In this document: positions 31,901 through 40,044 of the stretch, piece by piece | How the letters are laid out: each line of letters starts with the position of its first letter | Numbering within the stretch: the stretch's first letter is position 1 | The notes under the pieces: model-generated | Database searches by the model: none | What the model was told of the DNA's origin: nothing | The model's input: the letters and a program-made list of their open reading frames with translations, nothing else | NCBI GenBank assembly: GCA_963850305.1 | Contig: CAWKKR010000008.1 | Coordinates: forward strand, 512,001 to 576,000 | Source: an uncultured delta proteobacterium | Lineage (GTDB): Bacteria; Myxococcota_A; Polyangia; Polyangiales; Polyangiaceae | Direction of reading: 5' to 3' | DNA length: 64,000 bases | Made by a program: the position numbers and the translations under genes

Positions 31901-33228
31901 GCCACACCGTCGAGGAGGACCGTGAACTCCTCGAGACGCAGTCGCACCGTTTCGCGGTCGAAGAGATTCGTATTGAAGCTCGCTTCCAGAACGACGTCTT
32001 CGGAGCTCTCGCTCACGCTGAGAAAAAGCTCGAAATTCTCGTATGCCCTGGGATTGAACGTGCGCGATACGTCGAGCCGCGCAAATTCGGGAACCTTGCC
32101 CGCACGATCTACGTTGAACAAAACGGGGACCAGCGGAATGCGCGACGGGTCACGCACGACGGAGAGCCGCTTCAGCAATGTTCCGAACGTGAATCGTTGA
32201 TGATCGAATGCGTCGAGCAGCTCCTTTCTCACCTGCCGGGCGAAGTCGATGAAGGAGAGCTCCGGGTCGACGACCGCCGGGATCGGCAAGGTGTGCACAC
32301 AATGACCGACCAGACCAGGCTCGCCGGCAAACGGTTGTCCCGCCGCCGGCATACCGACGGCGAAGGTGGGCTCCCCTGAAATCCGGAAGATGAACGCCTC
32401 GAACGCAGCCAGCAGAGTTCCTGCGAAGCCGACGTTGGTGCGCTTCCCGAACGCGCGCAGAGCGCGGACGAGATCTCGGTCCAGAACGTAATTCTCGCGG
32501 GCGGCGTCGAACGTTCGCTCGGGAGGTCGCACCCGATCCGTTGGCAGGTCGAACGCGCGAGCGCATCCCGAAAAGCGCGAAACCCAGAACCGCTCGTTTC
32601 GCTGAATCTCCTCGGAACCGGCGGAGTCCCGCTCGTGGGTCGCGTAATCACCGAAGCGAGGCGCCGCCTGCAGCTTCGGACTCTCTTCGCAGACCTCGCT
32701 CGAATAGAGGATCCCCAGCTCCGAAAGGACGATGTCCGCGGACCATCCATCGCACACCAGATGGTGGGCGGTGAAGAGCAACTCGTGACGGTCTTGGCCG
32801 AGACGAAACAGGCGAAACCGCACCAGCGGCCCACGCTCGAGGTCGAATTCCGTGCGTGCCTCGCGCTCCCGCGCAGAAGAGAGGAGGGCCGCCTGCTCAT
32901 CCCTTGTTCTTGCCGAGACGTCGTCCTCCTCGAAGGGGGCGCTCACCGACGCGAGTACGCAGAGCGTGGCGCCATCGCGACTGAACGTGATCCGGAGCGC
33001 ATCGTGCCGCAAAAGGAGGCGGTCTACCGCTCGGCGGAGCGCACTCGCATCGAGAGCCCCTCGCATCGCGAGCGACAGGGACTGATTGTACGACAGGTTC
33101 GCGGATGTCCCGCCGAGCTGGATCGCGGCCCAGATCTCTTGCTGAGCTTCGGTCGCCGGAGCCGTGCGTTCGATCTCGCCGGCGCCGAAGGGATTGAACT
33201 CGACGGGAACGACGGTTCCGGCGCTCAT
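25954..33228 (-). CDS. NRPS, C-A-T-C-A-T-TE
   Basis: C motifs HHLVCDG and SHLIWDG; two A domains (TSGSTGKPKG, YGPTE, YRTGD); T motifs GGHSM and GGHSL; TE GFSGG; start MSAGTVVP overlaps the upstream stop (ATGA). Confidence 0.93.
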   Translation of the reverse strand: MSAGTVVPVEFNPFGAGEIERTAPATEAQQEIWAAIQLGGTSANLSYNQSLSLAMRGALDASALRRAVDRLLLRHDALRITFSRDGATLCVLASVSAPFEEDDVSARTRDEQAALLSSAREREARTEFDLERGPLVRFRLFRLGQDRHELLFTAHHLVCDGWSADIVLSELGILYSSEVCEESPKLQAAPRFGDYATHERDSAGSEEIQRNERFWVSRFSGCARAFDLPTDRVRPPERTFDAARENYVLDRDLVRALRAFGKRTNVGFAGTLLAAFEAFIFRISGEPTFAVGMPAAGQPFAGEPGLVGHCVHTLPIPAVVDPELSFIDFARQVRKELLDAFDHQRFTFGTLLKRLSVVRDPSRIPLVPVLFNVDRAGKVPEFARLDVSRTFNPRAYENFELFLSVSESSEDVVLEASFNTNLFDRETVRLRLEEFTVLLDGVARDSSQRLGELPLIPPRECSLLESWETAAPGSPPVRTIAGLFEAQASRTPDAVAARSLTAAVTYRELDERANRLARHLVALGVKPADRVGISLGRGTELLVALLGVLKAGATYVPLDPEFPASRLAFIANDAGLSALVTEASLDDTPLQVETRVVLDAHADRIAACSSERPPREDDAEQIAYVLHTSGSTGKPKGVLVANGSIANFLAAMAREPGLSPDDVVGAVTTLSFDISVLELFLPLTVGAQVVVIPREVGMDGRALAELLVRFGVTFLQATPSTFRLLVEARFPFGARFKALIGGETLPRELALAMVERCGSVWNMYGPTEATVWSTCHRVENVPGSVPIGRPIAGTRLLVLDERRERVPVGVLGELYIGGEGVARGYLGRPELTRERFITISRADIGSGVFYRTGDLVHWRRDGTLLFSRRADNQVKVRGYRIELGEIESVIAEDPRVRECTVVVREDVPGDRRIVAYVASSGPVKPPELRARVEQSLPGYMIPQHFVVLSELPRTPNQKIDRNGLPLPDASGESARERVLPRSESERIVAGIWSTLFGVERVGVDEDFFAMGGHSMLAARMLARVGESSGVDVGLARFFRKPTVEALARYVEQGSVQPSAENPIIPRTHAGPAALSPSQQRLWFMDALLPGTSFLNLPCAFRIRGEFDVEIARRVLGEIVRRHDVLRTSIVQDDTGPKQLAHDSIEVNLELDDLSSWPGREPPIEERLFPWLARPLDPEHGPAWRAGIATLAEGDKVLWFVASHLIWDGVSFELFEREFRVLYDAFAKGGESPLPPVQVSYADYVEWELSSRDDATRRRELDYWIRNLEGIPANLELPLDGRRPAQMSYRGSVVPFAVPADVLSRLRDLGKTEGTTLQMVLLAVLNVALYRYTGERDLVVGTAIDERVRPELKDAIGLFVNTLVLRTKLDDTAPFPVLLAAVRETCIGAYEHRRIPFEQVVEALRPVRDRSRTPLFQVFFAFRQVTPIASGLDLREVEVHAGSSLTDLALYVRDDGATVSGALEYALDLFEEATARRFVACFQELLSEVATAPETRIGDLDGLYAQRAELLEWNAAQPPLARDALVHHFFEKQVDRRPEKIAVWFEGHSVTYRELRVRVNRLARALRSLGVKRDAPVGVCLHRSLDLVVALLAVHTAGGGYLPLDPSYPRERLSFMLADSGARFLVAETSTMDLVESPVERLVLDDDHTRASILRESAEPLDVPGAPDQLAYSIYTSGSTGKPKGVLVEHRNVIAFFRGMEDIVDLRDHGVWLAGTSVSFDISVLEILGSLTHGLTVVLLGDQLLGDARRSDFGIARLIERFGITHFQCTPSQIATLIEDPETRSALGRLRQLILAGEALSETLVLELSKVIRGQIVNAYGPTETTVWSSAHAVQAQPGPVPIGRPIANTRFYVLDPELRQRPIGAAGELHIAGPSVARGYHARPELTRERFLDDPFVSGARMYRTGDLVRIAAGGVFEYLGRNDHQVKVRGHRVELGEIEAVLAGHRTVKEAVVVARPDSSFELVAYLVPRAGISLDTSALREHARRYLPIHMVPAAFVRMDALPLTPSGKIDRNALPAPVRSLGSAEPRHEPRDEVERRLVAVWQTSLEIPDVGLSDDFFALGGHSLLGVRLLSRVRQEFGVRLSLSALFEAPTVERMAVRVRQEMTVATRAEGRASRSWSTVVPMKPEGSLPPFFCVAGRGGNPMNLRPVAAKLGDDQPFYGLQHRGVDGLRAPHTSVEEMAREFIEDMREVQPHGPYFLGGFSGGGTAALEMAMQLRASGEQIGALVLLDAVNPQIPMWSLAERVAYHSTRVRSDGVSYALTAFGEGLLRRGQDLRVSVLSRLSRWFPYEFRNEAVAAAWTDMQSRYEPQPYPGTVFLLRSRERDTKIFDPRNGWGPVVLGELFVVEVSGGHTSFVSEEHAELTSTCLSNVLATARVPRSGVRKLFAPRADLDDAPPAEFAAAPPGDVPTVERSSTSNFAT

Positions 33229-35297
33229 GACGACAGCTCGACTTGCTGGAACATGCCGGGCCGACTCGGGTCCGGGACGAACCACGCGGGGTTTCCGTTC
33301 GAATCCCGTCCTAGCCGCGCTCCGGGCAGCGGCGGCCGCGCGAGCGCGGCCGGCGAATCTCGTCGCAAGAATCCGCTTTGGGTAAGCTCGGTCACGCTCT
33401 CCTGAAACCGTTCGACCACGAAGTCGACGTCGGAATCCGTGTGCGCGCACGTGAAGAACGATGGACGATGGTCGATCGCGTGCACGCCCTTGTCGCGTAA
33501 GAGCAAGAAGAGCAAATCTCGAAATGGCGTATGCACGGTAAACTCGATGCCGACGACCGAACTGAATCGATGGACCACGAGCGGAGCGCCGGTCCGTTCG
33601 AACCAGGCGTTCATGGCCGTCGCGAAGCGTTCCGCCCTGGCGTCCATCACCTCGTGCGCGGACGCGCCGAGAGCTCGGAGGTGCTCGAGCACGGCCTTTG
33701 CCGCCGCGAGCCCGAGCGGGTGGCGCGCCAGGGAACCCACGAAGTAAGTGACGCCGGCTTCCGGCATCGAATCGTCGCCATATTGCCAGTTGCCGCCGTC
33801 GAAGACGTCCATGTACGCGCGCCTGCCCGCGATGGCGCCGATGGGCAGCCCGCCGCCAAGCGCGCCGCCGTATGCCGCGAGGTCGGCCTTCACACCGAAC
33901 TTTTCCTGAGCGCCGCCGGGCGCGCATCGAAAGCCGGTCATGGTTTCGTCGAAGACCAGGGCAACGCCGACCTCCGTGGTCAGAGCCCTGAGGTCGCGCA
34001 CGAATGAACCGAGTTCGTGTTGCAGGCCCTGCAGGGGCTCGACGAGGACGGCCGCGATGTCGCGATGCCGCGCTCGAATCGTATCGAGCGCAGCCGGGTC
34101 TCCTTGCGACAGGATCGAGACGTTTTCGATGGCCGACCGCGCGACGCCGATGGCGGCGGGGATCGCGCGTGATCCGCGCCCGCGGCGCACCACGACCTCG
34201 TCGAACGCGCCGTGATACGCGCCATCGAAGACGACGAGCCCCTGACGTCCCGTCACCGCACGAGCAGCACGAATGGCACCCTGCATCGCCTCGGCGCCCG
34301 TGCTGCAGAAGAACACGCGCTCCATCCCGGTGGCGTCGCAGAAGAGACCGGAAACATCCTCGACGAGTGGATGTTGCGACCCGGTCTCGACGCCTCGATC
34401 GAGCTGCGTGAGGAGCGCCTCCTTCAAGAATGCAGGCGAATATCCGAAGAAGCTCTCGCCGTGCGCCGAGACCAGGTCGACGTACTCATTCCCGTCGAGG
34501 TCCCAGAATCGACACCCCGAGGAACGACTGGCCACGATCGGATAGGTGACCTCCTTGAGCTCCCTGCTGAAGCCACGCGCCGCGCGCGGGTCCGCCAGGT
34601 GCGCGCGGTTCTTCTGGGTGAACGCCTTCGATGACCTGGTCTTTTCGACGTAGCGCTCGACGAGGCTCGCGACGTATCGCTCCTGTTCGGCGGTCAGCGC
34701 AGCCGCGCGTTCGCGAGACGAGAAGACCGCGAAGCGCCGCCCAATCGAGAGCGGGGCGGATTCTGGGGCCCGCGCGCGTTCGGACGGACCCGCGTCCAGA
34801 GCGAGCGCGTCGCGCGTCCGCTCGATGGCCGAGGACAACGCCGAGACGACGACCGAGGACGAGGCGTCTCCGATCGCCGTCAAGATCTCGAGCTGCCGCG
34901 CCATCACTCCGAGCTGACGACCGACCACGTGTGCGGCGAAACCGGCGGGCACGAGGGTGTCTCGTTGGTTCGCGAGCGGAGGGTGGAGAAGTCTCTCCGT
35001 CGGCTCACCCTCGTCGACGGGCAACGTCGCGTCGAGATGCTCCGCGAGCGCTCCCACCGACGATAGGTCTTCGAGCAAACGGCGCAGCTTGAGAGAAACG
35101 CCGAATTTCGCGGAGACCTGCTGCGCAATCTGCGTCAAGAGCAACGAGTCGAAGCCGAGCTCCACGAACGTTGCCGGTACGTCGCGTTCGGCGATCGGCT
35201 CCCCCGAGGTGCGAAGGACGAGCTCGCACAGTTCCGCCACGAGCCGCTCGCGTCGGGGCTGTCGCGACACGTCATCAGGACGATCCGTGGTCAGCAT
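33225..35297 (-). CDS. ACP plus class III aminotransferase-like domain (PKS-associated)
   Basis: ACP LGFDSLL; WDLDGNEYVD, GAYHG, LVEP, FDETMTGFR; the YGK lysine position reads G. Confidence 0.88.
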   Translation of the reverse strand: MLTTDRPDDVSRQPRRERLVAELCELVLRTSGEPIAERDVPATFVELGFDSLLLTQIAQQVSAKFGVSLKLRRLLEDLSSVGALAEHLDATLPVDEGEPTERLLHPPLANQRDTLVPAGFAAHVVGRQLGVMARQLEILTAIGDASSSVVVSALSSAIERTRDALALDAGPSERARAPESAPLSIGRRFAVFSSRERAAALTAEQERYVASLVERYVEKTRSSKAFTQKNRAHLADPRAARGFSRELKEVTYPIVASRSSGCRFWDLDGNEYVDLVSAHGESFFGYSPAFLKEALLTQLDRGVETGSQHPLVEDVSGLFCDATGMERVFFCSTGAEAMQGAIRAARAVTGRQGLVVFDGAYHGAFDEVVVRRGRGSRAIPAAIGVARSAIENVSILSQGDPAALDTIRARHRDIAAVLVEPLQGLQHELGSFVRDLRALTTEVGVALVFDETMTGFRCAPGGAQEKFGVKADLAAYGGALGGGLPIGAIAGRRAYMDVFDGGNWQYGDDSMPEAGVTYFVGSLARHPLGLAAAKAVLEHLRALGASAHEVMDARAERFATAMNAWFERTGAPLVVHRFSSVVGIEFTVHTPFRDLLFLLLRDKGVHAIDHRPSFFTCAHTDSDVDFVVERFQESVTELTQSGFLRRDSPAALARPPLPGARLGRDSNGNPAWFVPDPSRPGMFQQVELSS

Positions 35298-35307
35298 TCG
35301 AGGTACC

Positions 35308-38300
35308 TCATGCGATCTCCTCGGGCATGGCGCTCGCTCGGCTGAGCCGAGAAACTGCGTCGAGCTCCCGGGTCATCCGATCGAGCTGGTCTAGAACGAG
35401 TCGCTCGATGTCCGCGCCGCGTGCCGTCGCGACGAACGAGGCGCCGGGGCTCTCTTGCCGTGGCGCTGGCTCGAGAAAGTGACGATCGCGGGCGAAGGGA
35501 TACGAGGGGAGCGAGACGACCCGCCGAGGAGCCGCCGCCTGCGCAGCCTCCCAGTCGATCGAAACGTGAGACAACCAGAGCTCGCCGAGCGCGGCCTGGA
35601 ACGCAGCTTCCTCGCGCTCGGGTGCATCGCCGAGAGTGCTCACTGCGATTTGCTGCGTACGCCCGGTTGCGACTCGACGAGCGAGCGCCGAGCAGGTGCG
35701 ACCGGGGCCCACTTCGAGGACGAGCCGTGCGGGGTCGACGAACAGCGTCTCGAGTGCGTCGTGGAAGCGCACCGGCAATCGAAGATGCCTTGCCCAATAA
35801 TGCGGATCGCACGCTTCTTCCCCCGTGAGAAGCGCGCCCGTGGCCGTGGACACCACGGGGATCTTCGGTGGAGACATGCGCACGCGTCGCACCGACTCCG
35901 TGAAAGGGGCGATGACGGGGTCCATCATGCTGGAGTGGAACGCGTGGGAGGTCTTGAGCAGACGCACGGGCAGGCCCTCCCTCTCGAGGTCCGCAGCGAA
36001 CGCGGCCACCGACTCCCGCAAACCCGAGACGACGCACGAACTCGGCCCGTTCACGGCGGCGAGGGAGACTCCGGCCGGCAATCTGGCCTGGAGAGCCGTG
36101 GCGGGCGCTCGCGTGGCAAGCATCGCTCCGGGTGGCAGCGCTTGCATCAGACGGCCGCGCTCTGCCACGAGCAACGCGGCGTCTTCCAGCGAGAAGACGC
36201 CGGCGAGACAGGCCGCGACGAACTCGCCGACGCTGTGCCCTGCGAGCGCCCGCGGTTCGACCCCCAGGCTCCTCAGCGAGGACGACAGCGCATACTCGAT
36301 CGCGAAGAGCGCCGGCTGCGTGAACAGCGTCTGCTGGAGGTTCGCTTCCGCATCGCCGTCGTCGCCGCCACCGAAAAACATGACCTCGCGGAGCTCGCAA
36401 CCCAGAGCCTGCGTCAGGAGTTCGGAACATTGATCGATGCCCCGGCGAAACACCGGATCGACGGCGTAGAGGCCGCGACCCATGCCCGCGTACTGCGCAC
36501 CCTGGCCGGGAAAGACGAAGGCCAGCGCGGGCTCGGACGAACTCGTCGCGCACGACGCCCCGCGGGAGGCACGTAGAGCCGAAACTGCACTTTCTCGATC
36601 CGCTGCGACGACCGCGCGACGCCGCGAAAAATGAACGCGTCGCGATTGGAGCACATGGGCCACGTCGCCCAGGTCGACCCGTGGATGCGCATCGAGGAAC
36701 GCCGCGAGCTCCTCGGTAGACCGAGCGACTGCGTCGTCCGTCTTCGCCGACAGCAGAAGGAGGTGCGCGCCGCGCTGGTGGCCCTCCCGGACGGGAACCG
36801 GCGCTTCCTCGACGATCACGTGCGCGTTCGTTCCACCGACGCCGAAGGAGCTGACCCCGGCGATCCGCGGCTGCCCGTCGGGGACGTGCCAGGGGGCGAG
36901 CGACGTCTGGACGAAAAATGGCGTCTTCGGAAAATCGATATTCGGGTTCGGCGCGTCGAAGAACAGGCTCGGCGGGAGCGTCCGGTGGTAAAGCGCGAGC
37001 GCGGTCTTGATGAGCCCGGCCACGCCGGACGCCGCCGTCAGGTGCCCGAGGTTGCTCTTGACGGATCCAAGCGCGCAAAATCCGGCCTCCTCGGTGCGAG
37101 CTCGAAACGCGCGGGTCAAAGCCTCGACCTCGACGGGGTCGCCGATCGGCGTCGCCGTCCCATGAGCCTCGACGTAGGAGATCATCCGCGGGTCGACGTC
37201 CGCGTCAGCGTGCGCCATTTCGATCACGGCGACCTGACCGGCCACGCTCGGCGCCGTGTAGCTGGCTTTGCATCCGCCGTCGTTGTTGACGGCCGTTCCG
37301 CGGATCACCGCATACACCCGATCTCCATCCCGCTTCGCGTCGGAGAGTCGCTTGAGCACGACCATGGCGGCGCCGTCGCTGAACACCGTCCCGGTCGCGC
37401 TCGCGTCGAAGGGGCGCGTATGACCGTCGGCGCTCAGCATCGCGCCTTCCGTGTGCACGTGTCCGGACCGCTGCGGCACGGTGACGGACGCCGCGCCCGC
37501 GAGAGCCACGTCGCACTCGCGGTTGAAGAGGCTCCGAACCGCCTGGCAGACTGCGACGAGCGACGTCGAGCACGCCGTGTGAACGGAGACGGCGGGGCCC
37601 GTGAGATCGAGCTTGTGGGCGATGCGCGTCGCGACGAAGTCCTTGTCGTTCCCGAGCAGGACGCCAAACTCCCCCACTGCGTCCACGCGATCGCGCCGCG
37701 TAACGACGTTCCTCAGGAGATATGTGTTGTGTCCGGTTCCCGCGAACACACCGACGGGCCCGGCCGTCTTTCCAGGGACGATGGCCGCGTCTTCGAGCGC
37801 GGCCCACGCGACCTCGAGGAGAACTCGCTGCTGCGGATCCAGAATCTCGGCGTTCGAACCGGTCTCGCCGAAGAACGCGGCGTCGAACCGGTCCGCGTCC
37901 TCGACGATCCCTCGCGCCTTCACGTAATTCGGACTCGATGCGTCCACCGATTCGTCGAGCTCGCCGTCGCCGAAAAACCGTACCGACTCGACTCCAGCGC
38001 AGAGATTTTCCCAGAAGACGCCGACGTCGTTCGCTCCAGGGAACTTGCCGGCCATGCCGACGATGGCGACCGGTTCGCGCAGCGGGGGGCGACGCACGAC
38101 ACGCGCGCGGTCCACCGCGGGCTGGTTGCTCCCCAGAGCGAGCGCGACTCCGCGGACAGTGGGTCGCTCGAAGAAGGTGACGACGGAGACGGTGCGGCCC
38201 AGCTCGCGACCAAGCGCGAGGAGGCTCTCGACCGCCAGCAACGAAGAGCCACCTAGATCGAAGAATGCGTCGTCGCGCCCGACGCGCTCGACACGAAGAA

Positions 38301-39942
38301 TCCGACACCACACGTTCGCGACGGCGATCTCCAGGGCTCCCTGCGGCTCGCGGTACTCCGTGTCGAGAGCAGGTCTCGCTGCAGAAGGCGCCGGGAGGGC
38401 ACGGCGGTCCACTTTTCCGTTTTCGGTGAGCGGTAGCTTGTCGAGGAGGACGATGGCGGACGGAATCATGTAGTCCGGCAGCCGCCTCTTGCAGCGCGCG
38501 TGCAGCTCCTCACGAAGTTGCGGATTCGGTGCCGAGGCGGAAACGTACGCGACGAGTCGCTTGTCACCTGGCGCGTCCTCGCGCGCCACGACCACGACTT
38601 CACCGACGCCCCGGTGCTCCGCCAGAAGGGACTCGATCTCACCGAGCTCGATCCTGAATCCCCGGATCTTGACCTGCTGATCGATGCGTCCGAGATATTC
38701 CATGTCGCCCGAGGGCAAGCGACGAGCGGAGTCGCCGCTCCGGTAGAGCCGGCGAAGGACGCCGCCGATCTCCTTGTCGATGAAGCGCGCAGCAGTCAGT
38801 TCCGGACGGTTCAGGTAGCCGCGCGCCAGACCGGGCCCTTCCACGAAGATCTCGCCAGGCTCGCCGTCTTTCACCTCGGTCAGGGCGTCGTCGAGGAGAT
38901 GGACGCGAAGATCGGGGATCGGCAGGCCGATGAGACTCCCCTGCCTCCCGTTCAAATCACTTCGCGTGACTGGCCGGTAAGTCACGTGAACGGTGGTCTC
39001 GGTGATACCGTACATGTTCACGAGCCGTGGGCGCTCGTCGCCGAAGCGCTCGATCCAGGGGCGAAGGCTCTGGAAGTCGAGAGCCTCCCCGGCGAACACG
39101 ATGCTCCGGAGCGAGAGCTGCGGATCCCGCGTCTCGGCGGTCACGGCCATCGAAAACTGTCGGAAGGCGGACGGGGTCTGACTGAGGACGGTCACGTGCT
39201 CTCGCGCGAGAAGGTCGCGAAAGTCGGTCGGGGAACGACTGACCGCGTACGGCACGACAACCAGCGTTGCGCCGTGAAGCAACGCGCCCCACATCTCCCA
39301 GACGGACACGTCGAACGCGTACGAATGAAACAGGCAGAAGACGTCCGCCGGACCGAAGGCGAACCAGTTCGCGGTCGACTCGAACAGGCGAACGACGTTC
39401 GAGTGCGCAATCGGTACGCCCTTGGGACGACCCGTGGACCCGGACGTATAGATGACGTACGCGAGATCCCCTGCCTTCACTCCGGACACGACGCGATCAG
39501 CGGACTCGACATCCGTATCTTCGATGAACACGGTCCGGAGGTGCACGGGGCTCGGCACGTCGATGAGACCGCGGTGCGTGACCAGCACGGGCGCAGCCGA
39601 GTCCTCGAGCATGAAGCCGGCCCGCTCTCGCGGATACGCCGGATCGAGGGGAACGTAAGCACCACCGGCCTTGAGGATGCCGACGATCCCGATGACGACG
39701 TCGGGCGAACGATCGACCGCCAGCCCGACGAGCGAACCGGGTCCTACGCCGTGTCTCGTCAGGCGCTGCGCGAGGCGATTGGCGCGTCGATCGAGCTCTC
39801 CGTAACTGAGCCTGTGACCTTCGAATACGACGGCCGTCGCGTCGGGCGCCTCGTCCACGCGGCGTTCGAAGATCTCGTGCAAGCCACGTTCTGTGGCCGC
39901 CGCTGACCACGGTTCTTGCGAGCGATGGGGGGCCCTCTGCAC
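35308..39942 (-). CDS. Hybrid NRPS/PKS, A-T-KS-AT
   Basis: A: YTSGSTGRPKG, YGITETT; T: LGGSS; KS: TACSTS, HGTAT, KSNLGH; AT: GHSVG, HAFHS (malonyl-type); start uncertain (GTG). Confidence 0.92.
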   Translation of the reverse strand: MQRAPHRSQEPWSAAATERGLHEIFERRVDEAPDATAVVFEGHRLSYGELDRRANRLAQRLTRHGVGPGSLVGLAVDRSPDVVIGIVGILKAGGAYVPLDPAYPRERAGFMLEDSAAPVLVTHRGLIDVPSPVHLRTVFIEDTDVESADRVVSGVKAGDLAYVIYTSGSTGRPKGVPIAHSNVVRLFESTANWFAFGPADVFCLFHSYAFDVSVWEMWGALLHGATLVVVPYAVSRSPTDFRDLLAREHVTVLSQTPSAFRQFSMAVTAETRDPQLSLRSIVFAGEALDFQSLRPWIERFGDERPRLVNMYGITETTVHVTYRPVTRSDLNGRQGSLIGLPIPDLRVHLLDDALTEVKDGEPGEIFVEGPGLARGYLNRPELTAARFIDKEIGGVLRRLYRSGDSARRLPSGDMEYLGRIDQQVKIRGFRIELGEIESLLAEHRGVGEVVVVAREDAPGDKRLVAYVSASAPNPQLREELHARCKRRLPDYMIPSAIVLLDKLPLTENGKVDRRALPAPSAARPALDTEYREPQGALEIAVANVWCRILRVERVGRDDAFFDLGGSSLLAVESLLALGRELGRTVSVVTFFERPTVRGVALALGSNQPAVDRARVVRRPPLREPVAIVGMAGKFPGANDVGVFWENLCAGVESVRFFGDGELDESVDASSPNYVKARGIVEDADRFDAAFFGETGSNAEILDPQQRVLLEVAWAALEDAAIVPGKTAGPVGVFAGTGHNTYLLRNVVTRRDRVDAVGEFGVLLGNDKDFVATRIAHKLDLTGPAVSVHTACSTSLVAVCQAVRSLFNRECDVALAGAASVTVPQRSGHVHTEGAMLSADGHTRPFDASATGTVFSDGAAMVVLKRLSDAKRDGDRVYAVIRGTAVNNDGGCKASYTAPSVAGQVAVIEMAHADADVDPRMISYVEAHGTATPIGDPVEVEALTRAFRARTEEAGFCALGSVKSNLGHLTAASGVAGLIKTALALYHRTLPPSLFFDAPNPNIDFPKTPFFVQTSLAPWHVPDGQPRIAGVSSFGVGGTNAHVIVEEAPVPVREGHQRGAHLLLLSAKTDDAVARSTEELAAFLDAHPRVDLGDVAHVLQSRRVHFSRRRAVVAADRESAVSALRASRGASCATSSSEPALAFVFPGQGAQYAGMGRGLYAVDPVFRRGIDQCSELLTQALGCELREVMFFGGGDDGDAEANLQQTLFTQPALFAIEYALSSSLRSLGVEPRALAGHSVGEFVAACLAGVFSLEDAALLVAERGRLMQALPPGAMLATRAPATALQARLPAGVSLAAVNGPSSCVVSGLRESVAAFAADLEREGLPVRLLKTSHAFHSSMMDPVIAPFTESVRRVRMSPPKIPVVSTATGALLTGEEACDPHYWARHLRLPVRFHDALETLFVDPARLVLEVGPGRTCSALARRVATGRTQQIAVSTLGDAPEREEAAFQAALGELWLSHVSIDWEAAQAAAPRRVVSLPSYPFARDRHFLEPAPRQESPGASFVATARGADIERLVLDQLDRMTRELDAVSRLSRASAMPEEIA

Positions 39943-40044
39943 GCGCGATCCGTCGCGCCGAGATCCTGTGACGTCAATGTGAGCGCGACTCCAAACACAC
40001 GTGCGCTCTTAGATTGCGAGGCCGACGCGCACGACGCGCGCCGA

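Noticed and set aside
33229..33927. N-terminal extension of the NRPS in the ORF track
   Set aside because: Overlaps the aminotransferase gene in another frame; the ATG at 33228 gives a clean ATGA coupling.
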